From Harriotta raleighana (lineage: Eukaryota), in contig JBNZDD010013629.1 in assembly GCA_050575255.1 (NCBI GenBank), positions 2,889,059 through 2,953,058 of the forward strand: a DNA stretch of 64,000 nt, given 5' to 3'. Positions 49,940 to 63,061 of the stretch are shown one piece after another. A program made the position numbers and the translations under genes. The stretch's first letter is position 1, and every line of letters begins with the position of its first letter. Under the pieces are notes generated by a model that saw nothing but the letters and a program-made list of their open reading frames with translations, was not told the DNA's origin and did not search any database.

Positions 49940-50364
49940 CAGTAAAATTCCGATAATCTGGCCCGTTTGGTACTTAAGGAGTGCTGGATTAGCAAATATG
50001 ACGGATTACATTACTCTTACGGATGGGAGGATTTGAGTGTGTTGTGCTCTTATCTATGTTACATACCTGCATAGCGAAAACCAGAGCTCTCCCCATCCCA
50101 GCGGAGCAGGCAATCTGCCTAAACAGACATCGCACCCGCCGAAAGTTAATTTTAAAAAAATTGGCGCGCACACGTACACTTACTAAAGTGCACATGCGCA
50201 CTTATTAAACGTGACGTTTGTGATGGGTCCATGAGGAAAATACACCGAGTAGTGTGAAGGCTCTCTGGGAAGAGATGCACATATTGGAAAAAGACGGACC
50301 GTCGCAGATGCCGGACTATAAAGCATTTCGGATTAACAGGTACCAGATTAAAGGAATTTTACTA
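49940..50364. mobile_element. Second pogo/Tigger-like MITE
   Basis: TIRs CAGTAAAATTCCGATAATCTGG / CCAGATTAAAGGAATTTTACTA (19/22 match), with TA on both flanks. Confidence 0.75.
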
Positions 50365-50454
50365 TATAATCTTTGGGTTACCACTGAGCCAGGCCGACAC
50401 ACATGTTTTGTGATGAGGAACGTTGTAAGAGACTATTCAGAAAATGGAAGTAAT

Positions 50455-51597
50455 TGAAGACCATTGACGTAGCCTCCTCCCACCGTCTTGTGTGAAGTTC
50501 CTCAGGGCTCTGTCCTTCATCCCCTCCTCTTCACCCTCTACATGCTCCCCTTCGTTGATATTATCCGTAGACATGAGGTAAATTTCTACATGTAAGCGGA
50601 TGTTGACACCCAACTCTACCTCTTTGCCTCCACTCTCTACTCCAGGACTACCTGACTGCATGTCTGTCCGACATTGAGTCCTGGACGAGAGGCAACTTTC
50701 TTGAGATGAATGTCTGCAAGACTGAGGCCCTCCTGATTAGCTCGTGTGCGTGCCTCCGCATCTCAGGCACTGACAGCATCAGCATCCAAGGTTGCACTCT
50801 CCACCTCTCTAAGCCAGTCAGGAACCTGGGCGTCTTATTCAACTCTGAACTGTCTTTCCTCCCCCACATCCACACCATGACCAGTACTGCCTTCCACACC
50901 TTTGCAACATTGCCAGACTCCGCCACTGTCTCACCCCTCAGGCTGCCGAAACCCTAGTACACTCATCACATCAAGGCTCAACTATGGAAACTCTCTCCAT
51001 ATCAGCCTTCCTAGCTCTTCCCTTCACAAGCTGCAGATCAGCCAAAACTTTGCAACTTGTGTCCTCACCAAGCTTTGCGACAATATCACTCACAGCCTCG
51101 CATAGCTCCCCAGAGCATCGAATTCAAGATCCTCATCCTTGCTTTCAAGGCCATTCAGGGCTTTGCCCCACCCCACCTATCTCTTTGACCTGCTGTCCTC
51201 CTTATGAACCTGCCTATCCTGTACATTCAGGTGGCTCCAGACTGCTTCATGTGACCCATCCTCGCATGGCTCTCCAGAGAATCGAATTCAAGATCCTGCT
51301 TCATGTGCATCAGCCCCACCATCAGCCCTACTTTCAACCTCTCTGCCCCCACACTCTGGAACTCCATCCCCTTCCCTTGGCCTCACTCCTTCCCTTGCCT
51401 CCTTCAAGGCCAGTCTCAAGACCTGCTCTTCGTTTGTGCCTTCTGCTTCCCTCTCAACTCTCTCCCTCGCCTCTTACCTCTCTCCTGCCCCTCCCCCCTA
51501 ACCTGCTCCTCTCCTTTGCTCGAGTCCCAACCTGACTGTTCAGGTGCCTTGGGACATCCTCCCGACATGAAAGGTATTCTAATTTTGTTGTTGTTCT
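50455..51597 (+). mobile_element. Decayed L2 LINE (RT domain to 3' tail)
   Basis: PQGSVL-like and DTQLYL-like segments, KTEALLI...VRNLGVLFNSELSF, SAPTLWNSIP and (GTT)n tail. Confidence 0.85.
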
Positions 51598-52499
51598 GCA
51601 GGTTATTAGATTGTGACACATCTTTTAATCCCATTTCTCCAATGTTTCACCGTACCCAACTGGATTGGGACACGAAACATACTTTACAGATATGAGGCAG
51701 GAAGCATTCATTCCCATCACCCTTACACCCTGAAACTCTGGAACTCTCTCCCTCAATCCCATTGCCTCGCTCCCTTGCTTGCTCCCTCTCTCCTTTCAAA
51801 TCCAGGAGATTTTATTTTACACCTCTCCCCCTGGCTAGGTGTCAAGTGCTCCGGAACGCTATCCTGCATCAACAACAGCAACAACAACAAAATTACAGTT
51901 ATATAGCGCCTTTCACATCAGGAGGCTGTCCCAAAACACTATATAAATGCAAATATTAATGTAAATTGCTCCCGTTGTTGTTGACTGATGCCTGACGATA
52001 GCATCTGCTGTACCCAGCCCCTCTCCACCACCTCTCCCTGAGGTATCTGAGGTAACACTGGTCTCCGTTACTAAGGTGACGATGTCACAATAGTGTGTAT
52101 TTGCAGGGATTTGAGATTTTAACAGTGAATGGTTTGCTGCTCACGGGTGTGATGGTGGATTGTCCTTGGGACACCAGCAATGTAGTCAACCTGGTCTACA
52201 CGACAGAAGGCATCTGATAACTTTAAGAGTTCAGGTTTTAAACACTCAATCGTCTGTGACCAGCTGGGATGTCACAGCGGCTGCCCGGATTCCCACCCAG
52301 GCTGCTGTCTGTTGTGACTACTAACTGCCCAGAGCCAAGCAGTGAGACGGGTGATGTGAGCGCTGAGTCTATGTGTGGGCCACACTCAGTCCTGTCACTA
52401 TTCACTCCCCCGGAAACAGGTACTTTGACACTCTCTCACTGTCTCTTCAATTTATAATTTTGCTATTCCTTGAGCAGTACACTCCTGGCTGCAATTAAC

Positions 52500-52700
52500 G
52501 ACAACAGCAAAATTACAATTACAAAATTACATTTACAGTACAGTGCGCTTTTCACGTCGGGAAAAACAGTGTATTTGCAGGGATTTGAACAGTCAGGTTG
52601 GGATCCAAGCAAGTGGGAAGGGCTGGTAGAGGGGAGGTGAGGAAGAGAGTTAGGAGGCGAAGGAGTGAGTTGGGAGGGCAACAGAAGCATGATCGAAGAT
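52500..52700 (-). mobile_element. L2 3' end
   Basis: Reverse-complemented tail and polypurine 3' UTR. Confidence 0.7.
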
Positions 52701-53065
52701 TAATAATAATTCTTGCATTTGATATAGCGATTTTCATGTCTTCTAGACATCTCAAAGAGATTCACAGAATATACTGTAAAGTGAATTGACTGTATATTTG
52801 GTTGGTGATATGCAGCAGCCAATTGCGTACAGCAGTGTCCCATATACAGTTGTGGATTAAGTGACCAAGTATTTTTTAAGGTATTATTAGTACCCGAAAA
52901 GCAATCTGTCAATCGGTTAACAACCGAGTTCTTACTTCTGTTGGGTAAACAAAGGCTCGTGGAGTAACAAGACTTGCCTAAGGGTGTCCTCTACACAGGA
53001 ATTGAATCCATATCACTTTCGTTTGCAACGCGAATGCTCTAACCACTGAGCTACGGCACTCCACA
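52700..53065 (-). mobile_element. SINE, long variant (inverted)
   Basis: Full head (ctctaaccactgagctac), body and tail. Confidence 0.85.
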
Positions 53066-53309
53066 AAACACCTTTCATTCTATTTTCATATTTAAAATCC
53101 CTTCACCAAGATGATGGGGATCACAGCAGGGAGATAACAGGTGGAAGCTTTTTGACCAAAAAAAAGAGTCATAAGGTGAAAGCTTTTGAAACTTGGGATG
53201 TCTTCCTGAAGTAAAAGGCGCTATACAAATGTAATTTTGTTGTTGTTGTTTTGAAAGGGTTTTTCTTTTACATGTATCACTGGTTCATTTTACCATTTAC
53301 CAGTTGGTC

Positions 53310-53685
53310 ATAATAATAATGCTTGTATTTGTTACAGTGCCTTATCATGTCTTTGAGATGTCTCAGTGTAAATATAATATACAGAATATAAGGTAAAGTG
53401 TATTGATTGTACTATATGTTTTGTAGGCAAAACACGACAGTCAATTGTGTGCCACAGCATTGCACAAACAGTCATGGATTGAGTGACCTTATTATTACTT
53501 TTTTTGGAAGGTTTTATTACCCCTGGAAAGCAATCTACCAATTGATTAACAACTGGGTTCCTAACTGCTAGATAAACAGAGGCATGTGGAGTAAGGGAAA
53601 TTGACTAATGTTTCGCCTTGCCTGGGAATCGAACACAGATCCATTTGTTTGTGTGGCGTGTGTTCTAACCACTGAACTACGGGAT
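53310..53685 (-). mobile_element. SINE, long variant (inverted)
   Basis: Full head, body and tail. Confidence 0.82.
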
Positions 53686-53950
53686 TGAACAATATTCAAA
53701 GTCATGGAGTAATGCAACCTGTAATGCACATGATCTTGAATAAGCAGAATGTGGGAAAAATAATGAGTGAAATAAAATCTCTAAACTAACTTAAAAGGAA
53801 ATCAAGTACCTGTCCTGAAATTCCTGTTTTTGGCTGTTTGTACATTTGAATTGGATTGTTATGGACCTTGTGGTTGGGAGGAATGTTCAGCAGCTAAGGT
53901 TGTTGAAATAGAGGGAGAGACTGAAGATTAGATTGTGTGATTGTGCTATA

Positions 53951-54217
53951 GGTGGAGTCCTGTAGCTCAATCGTGTGACCTGTGTTTGAATCCAGGTAGG
54001 TCAGGGCACAAGTTTCCTTATTCCTCATGCCTAATAATAATCCCTCAATAAAAAACTGGTTATATCAATCCACGACTGTTTGTAGGAGACTGCTGTGCAC
54101 AATTAACTGCCATGTTTTTCGCCCACTAATATACAATCAATTCATTTTACAGTGAAGTGCTTTGAGATGTCTAGAAGATGTTAAAAAGCTATATCAAATG
54201 CCGGGATTATTATTACT
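53951..54217 (+). mobile_element. SINE
   Basis: gtggagtcctgtagctca head, Deu-like body and tail. Confidence 0.82.
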
Positions 54218-54354
54218 ACAGGTGGTTAATGGAAGTCATTGGTCATGCCTGACAACTGTCTTAACATAGACGGGGAGAGAAAAACTAGACTGGGCTAGGT
54301 TTTGTGGCTAGATTTGGCCTTTTTCATCTTCTGGTGAGGGTCTGAGATTATATA

Positions 54355-54720
54355 ATAAAAATAATCCTTGCATTTGAAACAGCGCATTATCATATCTTTG
54401 AGATGTCTCAAACTGCTTGACAGAATATATTATAAAGTAAATTGACTGTATATTTTGTCGGTGAAACACAGCAGCCAATTATGCACAGCAGTATCCCACA
54501 AACAGTCATAGATTGAGTGACCAAAATATTATTTTTTATTGAATTGATTATTAGCACTGGAAAAGCCATCCATCAATCAACCTACAACTGCGTTCCTAGT
54601 TATTGGTGAACAGAGACATGTAAAGTAAGGAAACTTGCCCAATATTTTTCCCTGCCTGGGAATCAAACCAAGGTCCTCTCGCTTGTGAGGCGAGTGCTCT
54701 AACCACTGACCTACAGGACT
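54355..54720 (-). mobile_element. SINE, long variant (inverted)
   Basis: Full head, body and tail. Confidence 0.85.
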
Positions 54721-55095
54721 GCAAGATTGTTAGGCAGTGGGCATTGTGAAGCTGTGTGAGAAAACATTTGGAAAGATATTCATGGACCCTGTGGTATTTT
54801 AGCTGCTTTCAGTGAATTTAGATTCAGCACGACTCACAAACTCGGTCATCATGGTTTAAACAAAAACATCTGTCCTTAGGAGGTTAGGACTGAGCTCTGT
54901 GGTGATCCATAAAATTCTGCAGGCATCAGAATCCTAAGAAACCACCTATGGTAAGAAGCAAATCACCTGTTGTTTCAGGGTTGCATTGTGTCAGAAAAAA
55001 CATGATGATCTGCTCCACTCAATGAAGTAGTTATAATCTGTCTCTGGTTGAGCAAATTGGAGGCAGTAAAATAATACCTGCTAGGCCAGGCACCT

Positions 55096-55903
55096 ACAAC
55101 AACAACAACAACAAAATTACATTTATAGAGCGCGTTTCACGTCAGGAGGACGTCCCAAGGCGCTGGACAGATGATTTAAGACCCGAGCAGGGGGAAATGT
55201 TCAGGGCGAGGGGGGAGGGGGAGGGTGGGAGCAAGGAGGAGGTAGAGAGTCGAGAGGGGAGCTGAAGGCACGGTCGAAGAGAAAGGTCTTGAGTCCGGCC
55301 TTGAAAGAGGAAAGGGAGGGAGCGAGGCGAAGGCACTGGGGGATGGAGTTCCAGAGCCTGGGGGCTGAGCAGCTGAAAGCCCGGCCGCCAATGGTAGGGC
55401 GGTTAGGGCAGGGGATGTGGAGCAGACCAGAGCCAGAGGAACGGAGGGTACGGGCAGGTAGATAGGGGGATATTAGGTCGGAGAGGTAGGAGGGAGCAAG
55501 GCCGTGAATGGCCTTGTAGGTGAGGATGAGGATCTTGAAGTCGATCCTCTGGGGGATGGGGAGCCAGTGGAGACGGGCGAGGGTGGGAGTGATGTGGTCT
55601 CGAAGCCTGGTGTGGGAGAGAACACGAGCTGCAGAGTTCTGGATGACCTGCAGCTTGTGGATGGAGGAGCCGGGAAGGCCCACGAGGAGAGAGTTCCCAT
55701 AGTCCAGCCTTGAGGTGATGAAGGCGTGAACTAGTATTTCAGCAGCATGAGGGGTGAGGCAGTGTCGTAGTCTGGCGATGTTCCGGAGGTGGTGGAAGGC
55801 AATGCCAGTTGTGGCGCGGATGTGGGGGAGAAAGGACAACAACAACAACAACAACAAAATTACATTTATAGAGCGCGTTTCACGTCAGGAGCACGTCCCA
55901 AGG
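55096..55903 (-). mobile_element. Young 5'-truncated L2 LINE with an intact ORF2 C-terminus, plus an abutting duplicate 3' tail
   Basis: Uninterrupted 218-codon ORF (HLRNIARLR...TSRLDYGNSLL...LHWLPIPQRIDFKIL...APRLWNSIP). (CAA)n tails at 55096 and 55836. Confidence 0.92.
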
Positions 55904-56469
55904 ACAGCTCAGGGTCAAATAGTTAGTGTACTACAAAGTCCTATATCCATGCATCTGTGCTCCACAGATCTTTGAATCTGTTCACCACCTCGCTTCACTC
56001 TATCTGGGATGTCTTCTAGCTTTATTTTCTTGCCCCTGCCTTGTATTCTCTACGGATTTATTCCTCACTCCCTGCTAAACATGAATGGGTGCCCAGACCT
56101 TAACTCACTATGTCATCGCGTACTGGATGGATTTCTCTCAAAATCCACCTCACCCTCCATTTAAATGCCCATAAAGCACTTTGTTTGAAATGCAGTGATG
56201 TAACAGGAGCTGTATTAAATGGAAGGATTATGATAAATCATAATTACACATTTGTGACAGCTCTCTTGGTAGGAAAGCTTGCTCTTTTCATATATCTACT
56301 CAGCCATTTTACCTTCCTGCCTATTTGTGGCTAGAAGACTGGACATTTATTTTACGTCAGTCATGTGAGGATGACGTGTGCCGATAAGGCACTGGCTTCA
56401 ATAAAAATATGATTTATTAGAAGCTAGTAAAATGAATTTAAACACTCAAATCAAATGGAAAAGAATCTT

Positions 56470-56670
56470 CAACAACAACAAATGACATTTACACAACGCA
56501 TTTATGTCAAGAGGACATCCCAAGGCGCTGGATAGTCAGGGATTTGGTTGGAATCAGGAGGTGGGAAGGGAGGGAGGGAGGGCAGTGAGGATGTGGATAG
56601 AATAGTCAAAGGCATTATCTTGAAGGAGGCATGGATGGGGGCCAGGCAAAGGGACTGTGGGTTGGAGTTT
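56470..56670 (-). mobile_element. L2 3' end
   Basis: Reverse-complemented tail and 3' UTR. Confidence 0.7.
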
Positions 56671-57039
56671 ATTATTGTGATAATAATCTTTAGATTTGAT
56701 AATAGTTTCAAAGTCTAACCCGCAATTTAAAGAATTTGCAATTAACTTATCTGCCGCCATAATGTGCTCAAATGGGTTAATGTCTAGTAGATATAAATGC
56801 ATACCAAAAAAAAGTTTTAAATTCCCAAATATTCCAAGAGTGAGGAGCCAAAGAGAGAGGGCCTGAAGGATGTGAAATGCCCCCTTCTCTCCCCCCCACC
56901 CCCCAAAAAAAAAAAACCTCACACAGAACAATAACAAGAAAAACTTGGTGAACATAGAGGATAAGGAGCGCAGCAGGTAAAGCAGCAATAATAAGTGAAG
57001 GTGAGATGTTTGTGTAGTGTTTGGGGCTCTCAGGCTGGC

Positions 57040-57500
57040 TGCCCTGAGGCGGGCGGGCGGACAACACGCAGTCAGGGCGGGTCACGTGACCAGTGCACCA
57101 ACTTTATTGACATCGCATCAGAAGGAAGAAAATAATAAATTCTTCATGAATTCGATCGCCGCCGGTATATTCCGGTAGCCAGTGGTCGGTTTGCGGGGTT
57201 TGCTGAGGTAACCCCGGGGACTCGGGCGGCGGGGAAGGCTTTAAAAACCGAGCGGATTTCTCGGGCCTTTTCGGCGGTGACGTCGTGTGGCTGGGCGGCC
57301 ATATTGGAATCGGACAGAGAGAGAAAGAAACAAGAAGAGGAATTAAAGAGGAGAATCGGCTGGCATCGCAGCCATCGCGGGTTCGTTCTCGTCGCTTTTG
57401 CCCCCACTCCTCTCCCCTAAGCTCCCTCTCCCCGAATCTGTGCTTATTTGTCGCCCTCGAGGCGCCGCGTCTCTCATTTAAGAAGCTGCGTAGGAAGTTG
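57040..57500 (+). promoter_or_regulatory. DDX6: CpG-island promoter and non-coding first exon region of DDX6 (exon boundaries not resolved)
   Basis: Only CpG-dense stretch outside coding exons. GC boxes 57048-57080, palindromic E-box GGTCACGTGACC 57080-57091, CRE-like TGACGTCG at 57278, YY1-type GCGGCCATATTG at about 57295-57306. Confidence 0.8.
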
Positions 57501-58467
57501 ATTATTTTCTCTCTTTCCCTTCCGTTGGCCGTTGTTTTATTTTCCACTCAAGGCCCAAATTCTCCGGAGTCTTTATTTGATGTTGTAATGTATAGACACG
57601 CACACTTATATTTGTGCGCGTGGATGTGTACAGTGGCCGTGTTTTAAAGCTCTTTATTTTTATAGTTCGCGTTCGTTTATTTAAAAAAAACCTTGTCACG
57701 GAGCATGTTTTGAATATAACGACTCGACCAAGTTGCTGTAAAATGGGTGTTTGCGTGTGTGTGTCTCTGTGCAGATTTTCTTTATGGCTAGGAGTGCGTG
57801 CGTTGTTTTCTCTTAACATAAGCCGAAGAGAAATAGATGTTTGAAGACGAAGTGAATGAATGCTCATGAGTTTGGTTGATGAGGGGCCGAGGCTTGGCTG
57901 TGGCCATTTGGTGACAACAAACGCAGTCAACGTTGCCTGACTCGGTGTCTTGGGCACTGACTTGTTTACCAGTCTTTGCTGATGCCTGGAGCTTCTCGGT
58001 CTCTCCCACTGAATGTATGTTTAGGGGGAAATGCCTTGTTCTTTTTTGGTTTTTTTATTTAAAAAAGTCGTTTTTTTTGTAATTGGAAGCTGTTTATTTA
58101 AAACGAACTTTCCCTCTTTATAACCTACGCATTATTTCACTAATGTCGCAGACGTGTAAGTGGGCCTGCGGTTTATTTGACGTGTTCGCCATGTATTTTG
58201 CACTTTGTCAATGAAGAGATTTGGATTACATAATTTTTTAAAACAATAAATAGATGTTGACTTAGTGGGGAGATACTGGAAAAACAGATTGTTGGAGTAA
58301 AATGAGCATAATTGAGCCTTTTGCATTTTTTAGATTAATAAATGTTAAGTAAATAACTGAAGTAATTTGTGTTTAATTGACTAAATTTGCTTCCAACTGT
58401 AAATCTATTTGCTGTTTTAAAGTACGTTGTTCGCTGTTTTAGAGAATATAATCAAAGGCATAATTGA

Positions 58468-58703
58468 AGGGCGAAACCTTGGGCAAGTTTCCTTACTCCA
58501 CACACCTCATAATCCATCAAATATAATAAAATTGAAAATTTCAAACCATGACTGTTTGTGGGACACTGCTGTGCGTGATTGGTTGCCGTGTTTCGCCCAC
58601 AAATATACAGCCAATTCACTTTACAGTATATTCTGTGAAGCACTTTGAGACATCTTGAAGATGTGAAAAGCGCAACATCAAATGCAAGGATTACTATTAT
58701 TTA
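58468..58703 (+). mobile_element. SINE lacking most of the head
   Basis: gggcgaaaccttgggcaagtttccttactccacac, Deu-like body and tail. Confidence 0.85.
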
Positions 58704-59654
58704 TTGCTCATACAGTCTGATTTATGTTGTATAAAGTGGCATGACTGTAGAATTTTTTTTTACTCAGACTCCAAAAATGGAGTCCCGACTTCAAAGGCGC
58801 TCTATAAATGTCATTTTGTTGTTGTTGTAGATGTTTGGGTTTGACCCTGGCTTCCTTTAGATTACCGTTCAATCTCAAACCCACAGTAATCCAAACTCCC
58901 ATTTTTGGAATCTGAACTTTAAGCAGTTCTAGGTTGGTGTTTCTGACTTTTGGAAAGAGACATATTCCCAATGTGAAAGGTGTTATTCAAATGTAATTTT
59001 GTTGTTGTAGAATGTTAAACTGAGGACCCATACGTTTGTCTCTAGGGGATGTTAAAGATTCTAACAATATTGGACGAGGAAGAGTGTTACTCCTGCTGTG
59101 TACTAGCCAGCAGTTCTCCAAATTGATTGGACAATCGCCTCCAGACTGTTGTATTGCTGCTGCCTATACCACATAACAAATATATTTGCCTTTAAGAGCA
59201 GTTGCTACACTTGTGACCTGTGAAATGGTTTGTGATGTTTCATGTAAATGCTATTATATGTTTTCTCTCAAGTGTGTTTTGTGTTCAAGCTTGATTAGTG
59301 AATATTGGCAGTTCTACTTTGGGCCCAGTGTTGTCTTCAAATAGTGCCGTAGACATATCACTGGACAGGATTGAAAGTGTGGTCTATTTTGGCAGGCTTC
59401 AAATAGAATTGGTTTTGCTGTTTGACTGTTAACTGAGCCTGCATACAGATATAGTAAAGCTTTTAAAGCAGTATAAAAGTTATTGTCAGGTGACCTGAAC
59501 ATCTAATGTTGCTTACAAATCAGACTAAGGAGGTAGTCATTTCATTTAGCTATCAGAAAATATAATTTTCACTCATTCATTTTGTACATATGAAAGATAC
59601 CTGTTTCATCCAAGCAAACTGTTAGTATACCATGGTTGGTATACTGACTTTAGT

Positions 59655-59780
59655 TGAGTTGTGACAAAGGGTCGTGGACCCGGAACTTTCCCCTTCTCCA
59701 TAGATGCCTGACCTGCTGAATGTTCCCAGCGGTTTCTGTTTTTATTTTCCAGCATCTGCAGTATTTTGCGTTTTTGTTTA
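59655..59780 (+). mobile_element. Penelope-like terminal-repeat relic (second copy)
   Basis: aagggtcgtggaccc...catagatgcctgacctgctgaa...cagcatctgcagtattttg is homologous to 36125-36262. Confidence 0.6.
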
Positions 59781-62589
59781 GAATACCGTGGCTTGGGTTT
59801 AAGTGGACTCTATATTGTAGTGTCAACATTTCCAGCACCTTGGGACGTCCTCCTGGCGTGAAAGGCCAATATAATAAAAGTATAATTTTGTTGCTGCTGC
59901 ATAGTGCTTTGGCAGTTTGAGATCTGTCCATAGATATATAGTTGCTGCATTTAATAAATTTTGGGGGATGTTAAGACCTTTTTGGTGCACATATCAAATG
60001 CCTAAATTTATCTAGCCAAATCCTTTATTTTAGGATTTTGGTTGTCTCCGGATTGAGGAGACATGCTACTCACTTAAGAGTGGAAGGTGTTGGAGTGTAT
60101 TTCAATAGAAACAACAAAATTATATTTGTATATCGCCTTTCACATCGGGAGGATACCTCAAGGCGCTGATGGTTTCATGCTCATTAGAGCACTCGGAAAA
60201 TTAACTATTGAGGTCCCCACTTGTTCAATGGACAAACTCACCACATTGGTCGTAAATATGTAGACTACGGATGTCCCAGGTCCAAGTTCAATATTTGACC
60301 CTTGAATGAGGGTAGGTAATGGGAGTATCTCAATGCTTGCTCAGGTCCAACCAAGTCTCTAAAGTACTCATGAGACATTGCCCTAAGTAAAGGATATTAT
60401 TATAAATTGTTGTAAATTCTGAGTTTGTGGATGTTCAATGCAATAGATTTGGGCTTGGGTTTGCTCACTGTATATCAATTTTTAAATTTTTTAATATTTC
60501 TTGATTATTGCCATAATTGAATATTCAATCAAGAAAATATTCAATCAAGAAAAACACACTAGATTGAACACTTACTTAGACTTGTGCAAATGTTGGTGGA
60601 GGTTTAATGGCCCCGTGGGCTACAAGTTGCTGTTAACTGTCAAACAGACAGAAAAAATCCTCCATTTGGGGTCATCCATGTTCCCATTTGGACAAACCAT
60701 CAGGGGCTGTCAGTATAATCCCATAATGATGCATCATCTTGAGAAGGGCTAATGTATTATGCTGAATTTCATTCCTTTGTTAGGACTTGCTTGAAGTGTG
60801 TTGTGTATTAGAAACCTCAAAACTATCTATTCAGCAAAGTCTGTACTATAGATCCCTCTTGCTACAGAAGTCCACTGGTTTGGTTTGTGTGAATCTTTAG
60901 TTCTAGTTGTGGGAAGCAGTTGCAATGCCACCTCAAGGTGTATAGAAATCACCTAATAATGATTGGTTCCTCCAGAATGGAATACAAACAGTTAGTGTGT
61001 GGTGAGAAATGTGTTCCAATGCCAGTTCTCCCACTTACAGAACGTTTCTTATTGCCAGTAGTTATAAAAAGCCTCAATAACTATTTGTCTTAGGTGTATA
61101 GTCAGAACATTATTTCCTATTGTTTATGGAGCAACTGGCTGGTCACTTGATGGTTCAGGGGGTTTAATTTCCAACTTCTGTGCTTATCAGAAGTCCATCT
61201 TTGGAGGGTTTGAACTACATTACTGAACACGTTTCTTGAGCCACCTTGTAACCCTTGAAAGGGCTGTAATAATGTGAACCATTTTTTTAAAAAGAACAAT
61301 GAAAATAATGGAGGTATTAAAGATTTCTCTCTTATCATCCATATTCCCAACCCCTTGCTTTATTTCTCAGTGCTGATTATATCTCCCAGGCTGATCTTGT
61401 ATCTTTCCAGCCCTGACCTTGTTTACCACTCTGGCTACCATTTATATTGGCAGCTGCAACATTTTGATAGTCAGTGCTTAACCTTGAAGAGTTCAGAGAT
61501 GTGAGGTATTGTATTCTTAGTCTTATAGTAATGTAGATTCTCTGTTTGATTTATAGTGTTTAAATATGTACATACATACCGCCTACAGAGGTCTTGGAAA
61601 ATATTTTCATCTGTTTTAATATTAAAATATGACAGTTTTTGTTCACAACTGTCAGTTTTATGAATAACTTTCAGATTACGGTCATCTGAAAATTGGCGCT
61701 GGTCTCAAATTACTTGCTCATCCTATTTATGCTTATTAATTTCAGTAAATATTTAACTGGAGCTTCAGCAAGCCAAAATGTTCACTTAATCGGATAGAAA
61801 TCATGATGTTTCAATATTATCTGCCCTTCCATTGTACAGTGAGTATTCATTGCACATGGACAGCCTTGTGTGCTGTAGCCTTTAAGGATTGGGTATATTT
61901 AGGCTATATCCAGAACACTTGGGTATGATAAATAAGGTATGAGAGCAGTTCATCTTAAGTTTCTGTTATTGTTGTGTTTATAACTTTGCTGTGTTGGCAG
62001 CATGAGTATGTTGGTTGGTTTTGGACAGGTGCTGAGTGAATTTTCAAAGCAAAATGTTAGTAAGCAATCCATGTAACATCAAAAGAGATTTTATCATAAT
62101 TGAGTCTTCTATCCTTCTGCTGTTTGTAAAGGAACACAAGTCTGCTAGTCGGGAGAAAGCAGGATGAGGTTGAAGTGGTTTGTGTGTGTTTTTTAATGCC
62201 TTTGCATCTTGCGCAGTTCTGGAGGAATGGTTTTGAGTCCATGTCAAGTAAAATTTCTATTTAAAAATTAATTTGAAAGAATTGTCCTAGTCAGTTTTAA
62301 AATTGCTTCTTGACTATTTATAGAATGCCCTTGCTGTCTGACATTATGGTAATCTATTCTGCAGTAGGGAAACACCTTAACAGTCGAATTTTAAAAGGTA
62401 CAATCTTAAGGAGTTAGCAATTTGTTCTGTTCTCAAATGTGTTTTTATTAAAGCGCAATGTTTTAAAAACAAAGGTTTCTATTGGATTTATGCTGTAATA
62501 ATGTCCAAGGTGAATCCTGTGATAATGGAGAAGTAAAGTAATGTCAAACTTTTTCCATTGTTATTAACATATCTGCAAACATGCGTTTA

Positions 62590-62770
62590 AATAATAATAA
62601 TCCTTGCATTTGATGTAATGTCTTATCGTGTCTTCGAGACATCTCAGTGCACTTTGCAGAATCCAATGTAAAATGATTTGACTATATTTTGTGTGCAAAA
62701 CACAACAATCAATTGCGCACAGCAGTATCCCACATACAGTTGTGAATTGAATGACCGTATTATTATTTTT
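62590..62770 (-). mobile_element. SINE 3' half (inverted)
   Basis: Reverse complement of the family body and tail. Confidence 0.8.
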
Positions 62771-63061
62771 TAATGTATCTTCTGTTTTTGTTAATTTATT
62801 TTTGTTGTAATTACAGGTTGAATTGAATACAAGTTGAATTGAATACGCACAAGATCTTTATGAAAAGGAGGATTTATATGAAAAAAAATTGACTAAGCAT
62901 CAGTGCAAGCGACCGCTTGACTTTTTAAAAGACTCGTACGAGTACTTGCCTTGATTGCAACAGAGGACTCGTATATATTGAGCAGACTTATTATCTCTTC
63001 ATTTGAAGAGGTTTAGACTATTACAGTTTCTGTATGAACATTGGGCTGTAAACTGAATCCA

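Noticed and set aside
55201-55857. Intact 218-aa ORF as a host gene
   Set aside because: It is the C-terminus of L2 ORF2. The apparent start lies in the (TTG)n tail of the abutting copy.
57104-57957. ORFs of 73-151 aa over the CpG island
   Set aside because: Stop-poor GC-rich promoter and 5' region of DDX6, with no homology or splice support.
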